Assembly (NCBI GenBank): GCA_003484955.1
Contig: DMZH01000002.1
Location: 145,700-209,699, forward strand
DNA: 64,000 nucleotides
DNA from: Candidatus Woesebacteria bacterium
GTDB lineage: Bacteria; Patescibacteriota; Microgenomatia; UBA8517
Direction of reading: 5' to 3'
Position numbers and translations under genes: made by a program. Below are positions 10,330 to 19,726 of this stretch, piece after piece. Every line of letters begins with the position of its first letter. Position 1 is the first letter of the stretch. The notes beneath the pieces were generated by a model that saw nothing but the letters and a program-made list of their open reading frames with translations, had not been told where the DNA came from and ran no database searches.

Positions 10330-11394
10330 TTATTTAAATTCGGTTATTATATCGTGAGCCTTACTTTCCCTTTGTCCCATTTCCGTGATTTGAATAAATT
10401 CGGCTTTTTTCCAGAGATCTTTTATAGTCGCCGCTCCCGCATAGGAAAACCCGGATCTTATATTAGCTTCCATTTTTTCAACAATTTTAGTAACCTCACC
10501 TTTGTAGGGAACGATTCCTTCTATTCCCTCTATGTGCTTGGAATAGTTTTTATCAAGCTCACTTTTGTTCCTTTTGATATGGTTTTCTTTTTCCATGAAA
10601 GACGTTGATCCAAAATACTGCTTATAGAGAAGTCCTTTTATTTTTACTTTCTTGCCGGGGGCTTCATCCGTTCCCGCAAATACATTTCCCGCCATAATGG
10701 CAGATGCGCCGGCCGCCAGAGCTTTTACGATGTCTCCCGAGTTTTTAATACCCCCGTCGGCAATGATAGTTTTTTTGAAGTATCTCGCGGCACGCGCGGC
10801 ATTGATTACAGCGGTAAGCTGGGGGACACCAAAGCCCGTTTCAACCCGTGTGGTGCAAATAGAACCGGGTCCGATGCCGACCTTGACACTGTCCGCACCT
10901 GCTTTAAACAGGTCAAAAGCGGCTTCATAGGTGGCAACATTTCCTGAGATTATGTCGACACTGTTTCCAAATTTTTGTTTAAGACTTTGCGTTGCCTCGA
11001 CTGTTTGCAGCATGTGGCCGTGTGCAACATCCAGAAAAAGGGCATCCGCACCTGCTTTTACTAAAGCTTCCGCGCGGTCAAACATTCCATTTCTTAAACC
11101 AACTGCAGCAGCGGCCAAAAGACCTTTCTTTTTGACGGCAAGAATCATATTTGCTTCTTCACCGGCCGTCATGAAGCGCGGTAAAACACCAAGCCCTCCG
11201 AGTTGACCCAATTTTATGGCCATTTCAACTCCGGTAACATCACTCATGTTGGCGCTGATTAATGGAATGTTAAGTTTTAGACGAGAGGTGATTGTTGTGA
11301 CCAAACTAACATCCTGCCTGCTTTTTATTTCAGAGTGCTGGGGGACTAAAAGGACATCGTCGTAGGATAGGGCCAGTTCTATTTTGGATTTCAT
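10330..11394 (-). CDS. IMP dehydrogenase / GMP reductase family protein (no CBS domains)
   Basis: Catalytic Cys loop GIGPGSICTTRVETGFGVPQLTAV in a TIM-barrel; 354 aa. Confidence 0.65.
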   Translation of the reverse strand: MKSKIELALSYDDVLLVPQHSEIKSRQDVSLVTTITSRLKLNIPLISANMSDVTGVEMAIKLGQLGGLGVLPRFMTAGEEANMILAVKKKGLLAAAAVGLRNGMFDRAEALVKAGADALFLDVAHGHMLQTVEATQSLKQKFGNSVDIISGNVATYEAAFDLFKAGADSVKVGIGPGSICTTRVETGFGVPQLTAVINAARAARYFKKTIIADGGIKNSGDIVKALAAGASAIMAGNVFAGTDEAPGKKVKIKGLLYKQYFGSTSFMEKENHIKRNKSELDKNYSKHIEGIEGIVPYKGEVTKIVEKMEANIRSGFSYAGAATIKDLWKKAEFIQITEMGQRESKAHDIITEFK

Positions 11395-11499
11395 AATTTT
11401 CGGACAACATGAACCACTTTATGTTTAAAAGAGGGGCGTGTCAATATTTTTAAGTTAACTGTTGGGTGGTATAATCTAAAGTTTAAGGAGTAATCACCA

Positions 11500-11573
11500 G
11501 GTCGCGTAGCTCAGTTGGTTAGAGCGTTGCATTCACATTGCAAAGGTCCCTGGTTCGAGTCCAGGCGCGACCA
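11500..11573 (+). tRNA. tRNA-Val (anticodon CAC)
   Basis: Manual cloverleaf: acceptor GGTCGCG/CGCGACC, D-arm GCTC-AGTTGGTTA-GAGC, anticodon stem TTGCA/TGCAA with loop TTCACAT, T-arm CCTGG-TTCGAGT-CCAGG, discriminator A. CCA is not encoded. Confidence 0.85.
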
Positions 11574-11574
11574 C

Positions 11575-12240
11575 TTGAAGAAAATAATATTTTTTACAAT
11601 CTGGTTTGCACTTTTTCCATTAGCGTTTTTAACGCTAACCGGAGTTACTCCGTTATCTTTCGCATTGGGCAGTTCCGCAAGATTGGCAAATTTTATTCAA
11701 AGGGGACTTGGGCTTTTTGCTTTTAGTATGCTTTTTGTCCAAATAATTCTCGGTGCTTTCATGAGCAAGATTTCGGAAAAACTGGGAAACTGGGTTTTTA
11801 ATTTCCATGTTTTCGAAGGCATACTTGCTTATATTTTGGTGTTCTTACACCCGATATTCTTTTTACTTTTAAGCTACTTTTCGGGAGCCAAATTTGATCC
11901 GTACGTTGCCTTTGTTAATATCTGCTTAATTTGCAAAACCCCAACAGACTATTACTATACGATCGGGAGAGTTTCCTTTTGGCTTTTGACGGTTACTGTT
12001 TTTGCCGCTCTTTTCAGAAAAACAACCCCATGGCTTAAAGCCAATTGGAGAAAATTCCATGTTTTAAATTATCTGGTCTTCTTACTGGTAGGTGCTCACG
12101 GATTTTTACTTGGAAGCGATTTTAGATCCCAACCATTTTTCACTTTTGCAATTTTGGCCTATGTAACCATTTTGGGAATTGTGATTTTTATAGAGCTTCC
12201 CCGCCTTTTCAAAAACTTTAGGAATTGGACAAAAAGTTAG
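11575..12240 (+). CDS. Ferric-reductase-like bis-heme transmembrane protein (start re-assigned to the in-frame TTG just after the tRNA)
   Basis: The ORF track start at 11515 lies inside tRNA-Val, and an in-frame TTG at 11575 follows the tRNA 3' end. Two His pairs, each spaced 13 residues apart (FHVFEGILAYILVFLHP and FHVLNYLVFLLVGAHGF), are typical of FRD/MsrQ-like heme b domains. Confidence 0.4.
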   Translation: MKKIIFFTIWFALFPLAFLTLTGVTPLSFALGSSARLANFIQRGLGLFAFSMLFVQIILGAFMSKISEKLGNWVFNFHVFEGILAYILVFLHPIFFLLLSYFSGAKFDPYVAFVNICLICKTPTDYYYTIGRVSFWLLTVTVFAALFRKTTPWLKANWRKFHVLNYLVFLLVGAHGFLLGSDFRSQPFFTFAILAYVTILGIVIFIELPRLFKNFRNWTKS

Positions 12241-14006
12241 GGATTTAGAATGTCTTCCTGTGGGTTCTGGGGGTCAAATTTGAGAGTCTTAAATTTTGGA
12301 CCAAGACCCTTGAGATTGTATTCTTTGTATTTTACTTCCCCGTTTGGTAAAAATTGGGCTACGATTAAAAGTGAATTGTTCGATTTTGGTAAAAGTTTCA
12401 ACTTGTATGATCCCTGTTTTGGATTTGTAAAGGCTACCATGCCGTCTTTATCTTTCTTTGTGTTGCCATCTTGGTCTGTCACCAAGAGATTTGAAGGATA
12501 GCTAATAACAACCAATGCCGACTGTGGATCTGCCGAGGCGGAGCTACCGAAGTCTGGCAGTGGGGTTTCAAGAAACTTTAAAATTTCGGACATGCCATCA
12601 GCTGAATTTATGAGACCGGAATGTGTTTGTGCAATTGTTGTATTATGTTCGTCATCAAACTTGCTACTTTCAAGTAGTATAGTACCATCCCCTTCATTAG
12701 AATATATTTTTCCATCTGGTTTTCCGTCTGACCAATTTGCCAATAAATCTTTTTTGGTTTTACCCTTTGTTAATATTTCCGAAAGCGTATCTTGGCCATT
12801 TCCGGTAAGTGTTCCGAATTTTACTCCCCGAAAATTATCCACAAAATTTAACGGCAGCCATCTATTTTGTGACAGAAGTGAAGGCGTGGATTTAAGGACA
12901 CCTGTTTTTGAGTCTCTAAGGTAATCAAATGTTGGTAATAAATTTTGTATGGATGGAACGAATTGATGAATTGCTTCTCTGTTGCTTGATAAAAGGCCAC
13001 AATGTTTGAGGTAGAGTGTTGTTGCCACCTTGGAAATGAAGTTATCTTCCCAGATATCTCCCCCGGCCCACGCGGGATATGCCTGAACGGCACCTTTTAG
13101 AGGAGAACCAACTGTGAGAAGGCTGTTTGTTTTTATTCCCTGGTCGTGGTTGGCCAAGTAGTCCGATGCAAGAAGACCGCCCATGCTGTGACCAACTATA
13201 TTTACTTTTTCGTCAGATACAGTGGAACTAATTATTTTGTCTGATAAAGCAGTAGAGTTAGAGGGAATTTGTTGTCGCCAGTCATAGTAAAATGGTATAA
13301 CTTGCCAGTCTGATTCAGACAGGGTCGTGAGAATAGGGTTGTAAACATCTTCGGCGTAGGAAGCTAGTGACCAGTTTTCCGGACTGTTATCGAAAGAGCA
13401 GTTTGCAAATGCGTTTGCATTCCAGCTGGCCCCAAGACCGGGGATAAAAACAGTTTTGGTAACAGTGGGTGGGGTGGAGGTGGGAGTCGAAGTGGGCGCT
13501 GGAATGTCAGTTGTTAAAGAACAAACGGGGTTACTACTGTGATTATCAAGACCAGTGCCTATATAGACTCGGGTTATTGTGGAAACTCCTGTGTAGGTCC
13601 AGATTAGGTTTGGCATTGTTGCAGGCCAATTACTTGAATTACAACCCATATCGTAGCCAGTTTCGCTTCGTATTCCACACCATTTATCTTGCCAACTATT
13701 GTTGTAATCGGCCCATGTACCCAAATTCCATGAACTTTCATTATCATTACTAGCTGATGTTGGCTCGGTCGAAGTGGTATCAAAATAAATATGTGTGTAA
13801 TCCCATAGATCTGGGTATGTTACCATTTGAAAATACAGATTGCCGTTCGAGTTCCATGTTCGATAAGTACAGGAATAGTCTGCTTCAACGACAGAAGTTG
13901 AAAAAAAGAAGAGAAGAAACGTAATCACGATAAGAAAGAGAAACTTTCTCATATAATTAGGTTTAAAACTTTTAAATTGTCTTGTCAACATACAAATTCG
14001 AAACAT
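12237..14006 (-). CDS. Secreted lipase/esterase-like alpha/beta hydrolase with an N-terminal W/N/Y-rich domain and a Pro/Thr linker
   Basis: Signal/TM N-terminus, PAPTSTPTSTPPTVTKT linker, and a nucleophile elbow VNIVGHSMGGLLAS (GHSMGG, as in lipase/LCAT/PGAP1-like hydrolases). Confidence 0.6.
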   Translation of the reverse strand: MFRICMLTRQFKSFKPNYMRKFLFLIVITFLLFFFSTSVVEADYSCTYRTWNSNGNLYFQMVTYPDLWDYTHIYFDTTSTEPTSASNDNESSWNLGTWADYNNSWQDKWCGIRSETGYDMGCNSSNWPATMPNLIWTYTGVSTITRVYIGTGLDNHSSNPVCSLTTDIPAPTSTPTSTPPTVTKTVFIPGLGASWNANAFANCSFDNSPENWSLASYAEDVYNPILTTLSESDWQVIPFYYDWRQQIPSNSTALSDKIISSTVSDEKVNIVGHSMGGLLASDYLANHDQGIKTNSLLTVGSPLKGAVQAYPAWAGGDIWEDNFISKVATTLYLKHCGLLSSNREAIHQFVPSIQNLLPTFDYLRDSKTGVLKSTPSLLSQNRWLPLNFVDNFRGVKFGTLTGNGQDTLSEILTKGKTKKDLLANWSDGKPDGKIYSNEGDGTILLESSKFDDEHNTTIAQTHSGLINSADGMSEILKFLETPLPDFGSSASADPQSALVVISYPSNLLVTDQDGNTKKDKDGMVAFTNPKQGSYKLKLLPKSNNSLLIVAQFLPNGEVKYKEYNLKGLGPKFKTLKFDPQNPQEDILNP

Positions 14007-14049
14007 CGAATTAGTAAATAGTATGGCGTGTCTATGGTAAACTTAATTT

Positions 14050-14781
14050 ATGAATTTGATTTACGAGGTCTATCATGGTAGAAGAAGGACTCAGAAACAT
14101 ATTATTCGAGAAGATGATTTTACCTATCATTATATTTTGAGCCTTTTTAAGAAGTACGACGTTAAGAATGAGAAAGTTCTTGATATTGGCTGCGGTGTGG
14201 GAACAATAGATTTTTATATGGTAAAAAAGGGAGCGAGCGTGCTTGGAATCGATATTTCGAGAAATGGGATCAATACTGCAAAACGTAATGCTGCTAAATT
14301 AGGGATAAAGAAAAATTTAAGATTCGAAGTGCTAGATTTTACCAAATCGATGCCTAAAGGTAGATTTGATAAAATAATATGTTCAGAAGTACTTGAGTAT
14401 ATTAAGAGTGACAGATTGGCAGTGATAACAATGTTTAAACTTCTTAAAAAAGGCGGAATTGTGGTTGCGTCTTCACCTTCAAAAAATGCCCCGCTGTATA
14501 AAATGAGGGCGTTAAAGACTTTTGATCAAAAGGTTGGTCATTTAAGAAGATATTTTGAAGACGAGTTTGTAAATTTATTTAAGAGAGAGGGTTATATAGT
14601 TTTGGAAACCAGAAAAACTGAAGGATTTTTGCGAAACTTTCTTTTTACCAATTCGTTTGGAGGATTTCTATTGAGGATTTTGAATAAAAAACCTTTTTCA
14701 AAAATGGTAACATTTATTGACAACATGATGATTCCTCTTTTTGGTGAATCAGACATTTATTTGGTGGCACAGAAAAAATGA
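14050..14781 (+). CDS. Class I SAM-dependent methyltransferase
   Basis: Motif I VLDIGCGVGTID and motif II DKIICSEVLEY. Confidence 0.7.
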   Translation: MNLIYEVYHGRRRTQKHIIREDDFTYHYILSLFKKYDVKNEKVLDIGCGVGTIDFYMVKKGASVLGIDISRNGINTAKRNAAKLGIKKNLRFEVLDFTKSMPKGRFDKIICSEVLEYIKSDRLAVITMFKLLKKGGIVVASSPSKNAPLYKMRALKTFDQKVGHLRRYFEDEFVNLFKREGYIVLETRKTEGFLRNFLFTNSFGGFLLRILNKKPFSKMVTFIDNMMIPLFGESDIYLVAQKK

Positions 14782-14879
14782 AAGTACTTTTTTGACATAA
14801 ATAGTGTGATTGGGGTAAGGGAGCAGCCAACAACTTATAGATCTCCGTAATTATATTTTTTGAAGATTATATATTGGCA

Positions 14880-15347
14880 TTACCTGTGGGATTTTTTATA
14901 AACGCATAATTTATAACCCGATTTTAGCTTGGTTGCCTCAAGTGTGAAACCGCATTTTTTATGCAGCGCGATTGAAATTTTATTTGTTGTCCGAATCTCG
15001 GCAATTAAAGGAAGTTTCTCGTGCCTGGCAATATTTATCAGTTTTTTTAGGATCGTTCGGCCGTAACCCTGCCTGCGGAATACTCCCGCAACGCATTCAG
15101 TTACAAGAAGCTCTTTGTCGAGACGATGCAGCGCTCCATATCCCACCGGCTGGTTTTTGCCATCCCGGGCAATAAAAATACGGTATTTGTCGGCTCGCGT
15201 CGCCCTCTGGTAGTAAGTAAAATACCAGTAAATCTGCTTGGGGATGTTGATATAGCCCGTATAATTAGTCAGATATGTCCGGCATTCATTCCGAATACGC
15301 CGTACGATCAGCGCGTCGGAAAGGGAATTTAGGCGGTTGAAAGTCAT
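14880..15347 (-). CDS. GNAT family N-acetyltransferase
   Basis: RQGYGRTILKKLINIARHEKL acetyl-CoA binding motif (Q/RxxGxG/A). Confidence 0.65.
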   Translation of the reverse strand: MTFNRLNSLSDALIVRRIRNECRTYLTNYTGYINIPKQIYWYFTYYQRATRADKYRIFIARDGKNQPVGYGALHRLDKELLVTECVAGVFRRQGYGRTILKKLINIARHEKLPLIAEIRTTNKISIALHKKCGFTLEATKLKSGYKLCVYKKSHR

Positions 15348-15355
15348 ATTTTATA

Positions 15356-16492
15356 TCACCAGCCTGACTTTATAACTTTACAGACCCTATCGACATCCTC
15401 CAAAGTTACATACCAATGCATTGGTAAAAGCAAATACCTGTTTTCCAGGAAGTCCATATTTGGGCAATCGTAAACTCTACCTCCATAGATTGAATATCTG
15501 TCACACCTGAAATGAGTTTCATTTGATTCAATATTGTGTTCAACCAATTTCTTTTTTAAAGCCTCTTTGTTGTCAACTTCAATCGTGCAAAGCCAGTAAG
15601 TCGGATTTGTACCGTCTGTTTTTGTCAAAACATTTTTGTTCATTACTCTTATTCCGGGAATTCCCTCCAATCCCTTTACATAGGCTTCAAATAACTTTTT
15701 GCTATGATTAATAACATTGGATAAATCTTTAAGTCCACCCAGTCCCATCGCAGCTTCTATATCCGTCATCTGATACTTATAACCCACTTCAAAAATGTCT
15801 TTCTTCCATCTCTCCTCGAACTTAGCTTTTCTATCAATTCCAAACCAACGAATCCTTTTAGCCTTTTCTTCCAAAATAGGGTCTTCTATTGTTAACATAC
15901 CGCCGTCGCCCGTCGTCAGACTTTTAATAGCTTGAAACGAATAAGCAGTATATTGCGAAATCTCCCCAACATTTTTGCCTTTATAAGTAGCTCCTATTGC
16001 CTGAGCCGCATCTTCAATAACAGGGATGTTCCATTTCCTGGCAATAGTGTGGATTTTATCCATATCAACAAGGTACCCGCCATAATGAACAACCACGATG
16101 GCCTTAACTCTTTCCTTTCTCACTTTTAATAGTTTTTCTACGTGATCCGGATTTAAGTTCAAATTGTCCTTATTTATATCGGCAAAAACCACTCTCGCTC
16201 TTTGGTAAAGAAGTCCGGCGTATGAAGCTGAGCAGGAGAATACAGGACCAATTACTTCGTCTCCATCTTTAATACCGGCCAAAATGTAAGCTAAATGAAG
16301 TGCTGATGTACATGAGTTAACTGCGATAGCTTTATGGTTATGAGAAATTTGTTTTTCAAATTCCAGCTCAAATTTATCCACAAGCGGACCTTGCCCAATC
16401 CAGCGTGTGTCCATCTGCTTCCTGGCGGCATCTTTAGCGGCCTTTGATAAATGCGGATAGAAAAGCACTATTTTTTTATTTGTTATTTTCAT
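15356..16492 (-). CDS. DegT/DnrJ/EryC1/StrS family PLP-dependent sugar aminotransferase
   Basis: DAAQAIGATYKGKNVG, a typical fold-type I aminotransferase of nucleotide-sugar pathways; 378 aa. Confidence 0.75.
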   Translation of the reverse strand: MKITNKKIVLFYPHLSKAAKDAARKQMDTRWIGQGPLVDKFELEFEKQISHNHKAIAVNSCTSALHLAYILAGIKDGDEVIGPVFSCSASYAGLLYQRARVVFADINKDNLNLNPDHVEKLLKVRKERVKAIVVVHYGGYLVDMDKIHTIARKWNIPVIEDAAQAIGATYKGKNVGEISQYTAYSFQAIKSLTTGDGGMLTIEDPILEEKAKRIRWFGIDRKAKFEERWKKDIFEVGYKYQMTDIEAAMGLGGLKDLSNVINHSKKLFEAYVKGLEGIPGIRVMNKNVLTKTDGTNPTYWLCTIEVDNKEALKKKLVEHNIESNETHFRCDRYSIYGGRVYDCPNMDFLENRYLLLPMHWYVTLEDVDRVCKVIKSGW

Positions 16493-16688
16493 TCACTCAA
16501 TAATAATATCATTCATAATGTAGTCAAGTTTATGGTTTCCGTTAATATATATAAAATCCAGACTTCCGAGAGAAAAATCTTTAATTTCTCAATGGTCATT
16601 TAATACCATAAAATCGATCAATAGTCTATCCAAAAGTGTTGTAAAGTGCCGATTTGTTTGTCAAGTTATAAATTGATAAACTTCATGT

Positions 16689-17555
16689 ATGAAAATACTT
16701 TTTATATCGCATTACAAATGGCCGCACGTAGGGGGGGTGGAGAAGCACGTATATGAACTTAGTAAAAGGTTAAAGGTGAAAGGAAATGGTATAAAAGTAA
16801 TTTCGGAAGAAGATATCAAGCAACCCCACATTAAATTTTTGGGCTTAATATATGTTTGGTTTTGGATGTTTAGAAATAGGAAATTGATAGAAGATGCCGA
16901 TATCGTCCATTGTCACGATGTTTTTATTTGGTATCTGCCTTTTCGCTTTCTTTATCCCAAAAAACCCGTATATACAACATTCCATGGTTGGGAGGGAATT
17001 TGGCCTATTCCATGGAAAAATATTTTCTTAAAAAAACTTGCCGCAAAATTATCATGGGGTTCGATAGCGGTAGGAAAATATATAGAAAAATATTACGGAA
17101 TAAAAGTTAATAAAATTATCTACGGTGGCACTTTAATACTGCATAGTATTAAAGTGGAAATAGGAAAGACGTCAATAGTTTTTGTTGGGAGATTAGAAAA
17201 AGATACCGGGATTTTAGGGTTTTTAAAATGGCTGAATAAAAATCCAAAACATGTTGTAGATTTTGTCGGTGACGGGGTTTTGAGGGAAAAATGCGAAAAG
17301 TACGGAACGATTCACGGATTTACGGATCCGACACCCTTTTATAAACAGGCAAAATATTGTGTTCCGGGAGGATACCTGGCTGCGCTTGAGGCATCATCAT
17401 ATGGTTGTGAGTTAAAGTTATTTTGGAATAATAAAATAAAGAGAGATTATTGGAAGATGTCGCCGTTTATTGGGAAGGATGTTGTGGCCTGGGCGAAAAA
17501 ACAGACCTGGAACAAATTAGCCGATGAATATCTCAATTTGTATAACAGTATTTAA
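16689..17555 (+). CDS. Glycosyltransferase family 4-like (short, divergent C-terminus)
   Basis: GT4 N-terminal motif MKILFISHYKWPHVGGVEKHV; 288 aa. Confidence 0.4.
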   Translation: MKILFISHYKWPHVGGVEKHVYELSKRLKVKGNGIKVISEEDIKQPHIKFLGLIYVWFWMFRNRKLIEDADIVHCHDVFIWYLPFRFLYPKKPVYTTFHGWEGIWPIPWKNIFLKKLAAKLSWGSIAVGKYIEKYYGIKVNKIIYGGTLILHSIKVEIGKTSIVFVGRLEKDTGILGFLKWLNKNPKHVVDFVGDGVLREKCEKYGTIHGFTDPTPFYKQAKYCVPGGYLAALEASSYGCELKLFWNNKIKRDYWKMSPFIGKDVVAWAKKQTWNKLADEYLNLYNSI

Positions 17556-18468
17556 CGAAGAGGGGACGATATCAGCTTTACTTGATTCTTTGGTTAATCA
17601 AACTAAAAAACCTGATGAAATTGTTATTGTTGACGGCGGATCGACTGATAGAACTGTTGAAATAATTAATCATTATCAAAAGAGATTTGGAGATATTAAA
17701 CTTCTCAAAGAAAAGTGCACACGCGCAAAGGGTAGGAATCTTAGTGTTGAGTTGGCTAGAAATGAAATTATCGCAATAACTGATGCGGGGTGTGTTGCCG
17801 ATAAAAATTGGCTTAAAAATCTGGTAGGACCTTTTGCAAATGGTGGTATCGACGTTTCTGCAGGCTTTTACCGTATGACAGGATCGAATCCTTTCAGGCG
17901 GGCAATGAGTGTTTTTTTGGGGACTGCACCCCGTAATTTTAATATGACTTTTTTACCTTCCACAAGATCTGTTGCTTTCACAAGAAAAATATGGGTTGAT
18001 ATTGGCGGATTTCCGGAAGGAATGAAAGAGGCGGCTGAAGACACTGCTTTTAATTACAAATTAGTAAATTTCGGTGCAAAAATTTCACGCGTGAAATCTG
18101 CGATAGTAGAGTGGGGGATGCCTAAGACCTTAAAAGACTTTTTTTGGAAAACATTTGCCTATGCAAAAGGGGACGTAAAATTAAAAATTTGGATTTTTCC
18201 GGAAAAAGGTATTATGTCGCACAATATTAAAGTTTTATCTGTCTTTTTTAGATACCTTATTGGGATATTATTACTGGTTTTTTCATTCAGGACTCCCCTT
18301 TTTTTTGCTGTTTTTGCAATTTGTTTATTTGCTTATTTATTTTGGTCATTCAGAAAAGTTTTTCTGGAGTTCGGGGATTGGAAAGTTTCTCTTTGGGGAC
18401 CAATTCTTCAAATAACTTCAGATATGGCCGTGATTGGAGGGTTTACTTCAGGTATACTTAGCAGGTAA
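17524..18468 (+). CDS. Glycosyltransferase family 2 with C-terminal TM helices
   Basis: ISICITVFNEEGTISALLDSL...IVIVDGGSTDRT, plus DxD region ITDAG. Confidence 0.7.
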   Translation: MNISICITVFNEEGTISALLDSLVNQTKKPDEIVIVDGGSTDRTVEIINHYQKRFGDIKLLKEKCTRAKGRNLSVELARNEIIAITDAGCVADKNWLKNLVGPFANGGIDVSAGFYRMTGSNPFRRAMSVFLGTAPRNFNMTFLPSTRSVAFTRKIWVDIGGFPEGMKEAAEDTAFNYKLVNFGAKISRVKSAIVEWGMPKTLKDFFWKTFAYAKGDVKLKIWIFPEKGIMSHNIKVLSVFFRYLIGILLLVFSFRTPLFFAVFAICLFAYLFWSFRKVFLEFGDWKVSLWGPILQITSDMAVIGGFTSGILSR

Positions 18469-19694
18469 TGGGCTATTTTAAAGACACGGTAAGAGGTCTA
18501 AGTTGGATGACAGCTTTCAGGGTTTTATACCGTCTTATTGGTATTGCAAGGATTGCAATTGTTGCCCACATCCTAAACCCCTTCAGTTTGGGAGTTTTCG
18601 GGATAGTTACAATAGTTCTTGGTTTTTTGGAAATAATTACGGAAACCGGAATAAATATTTTTTTAATTCAGGAAAAGGATGGCGTTAACGGATACATTAA
18701 TACCGCTTGGGTGGTGTCGATTGTACGCGGACTTCTGATATCAATTCTTATTTTTGCTTCGGCGGGTGTCGTCTCCGAATTCTTTAACTCCCCTGCATCA
18801 AAAAATCTTCTTTACATGGCCGCATTAATTCCTTTAATCAGAGGGCTTATAAATCCGTCTATCGTAAAATTTCAAAAAGAGCTGCAGTTTAACAAAGAAT
18901 TTTTGTATCGGATCTCAGTTTTTACAGTTGAATCCACGATCTCTGTATTGGGAGTCATAATCCTCAAATCGGTTTACGGTATGGTTTGGGGATTGCTCGC
19001 TGGAGCTGTTTTTGAAGTTGTGTATACGTTTATTTTTGCCAGACCGTGGCCGAAATTTGAATTTAATTTAATTGAAACCAAAAGAGTAATTGATAGAGGT
19101 AAATGGGTTACACTTTTTGGTGTTTTCGATTATCTTTATACACAAAGTGACAATATTATTGTTGGAAGGATTTTGGGAATGACACCGCTTGGAATTTATC
19201 AAAACGCATATAAAATTTCAACGGCTCCTCTAACCGAGGTTGGTGATATTTTTTTCCGTGTGACTTTTCCGGTTTTTTCCAAGATTTCAAGTGATACAGA
19301 AAGACTCAAAGCAGCATTTACTAAAAACATTTTAGTAAATTTTGCATTAATGAGTTTGGCAGGAATATTTATTTTCATTTTTGCAGAACCAATAGTGCAA
19401 ATTCTTTTTGGAAAAGGCTGGGAATTAGCTATCCCTGTAGTTAAACTTCTTTCAGTTCTGGGAGTTGTTAGGGGTATGGTTGGTTCCACGGGTTCCCTGC
19501 TGGTTGCCAAGGAAAAGCAGAAATATGCAGCAATTGTTATGATGATCAGTACTTTAGGTCTTTGGATCACAATAATTCCACTTACTTATGCATATGGAAT
19601 AATTGGCACTGGGATGGCGGCAATTATCGGAACTTTAATTTCTGTTCCTTTTACAGCGTATTATGTCCATAAGACACTTGGGGCTCAAACATAA
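18468..19694 (+). CDS. Polysaccharide biosynthesis protein / Wzx-like oligosaccharide flippase (MOP superfamily)
   Basis: About 12 TM helices and the typical flippase layout, next to glycosyltransferase genes. Confidence 0.55.
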   Translation: MGYFKDTVRGLSWMTAFRVLYRLIGIARIAIVAHILNPFSLGVFGIVTIVLGFLEIITETGINIFLIQEKDGVNGYINTAWVVSIVRGLLISILIFASAGVVSEFFNSPASKNLLYMAALIPLIRGLINPSIVKFQKELQFNKEFLYRISVFTVESTISVLGVIILKSVYGMVWGLLAGAVFEVVYTFIFARPWPKFEFNLIETKRVIDRGKWVTLFGVFDYLYTQSDNIIVGRILGMTPLGIYQNAYKISTAPLTEVGDIFFRVTFPVFSKISSDTERLKAAFTKNILVNFALMSLAGIFIFIFAEPIVQILFGKGWELAIPVVKLLSVLGVVRGMVGSTGSLLVAKEKQKYAAIVMMISTLGLWITIIPLTYAYGIIGTGMAAIIGTLISVPFTAYYVHKTLGAQT

Positions 19695-19726
19695 TATAAT
19701 ACAGCCGAGATACGCCTGGTAAATAT

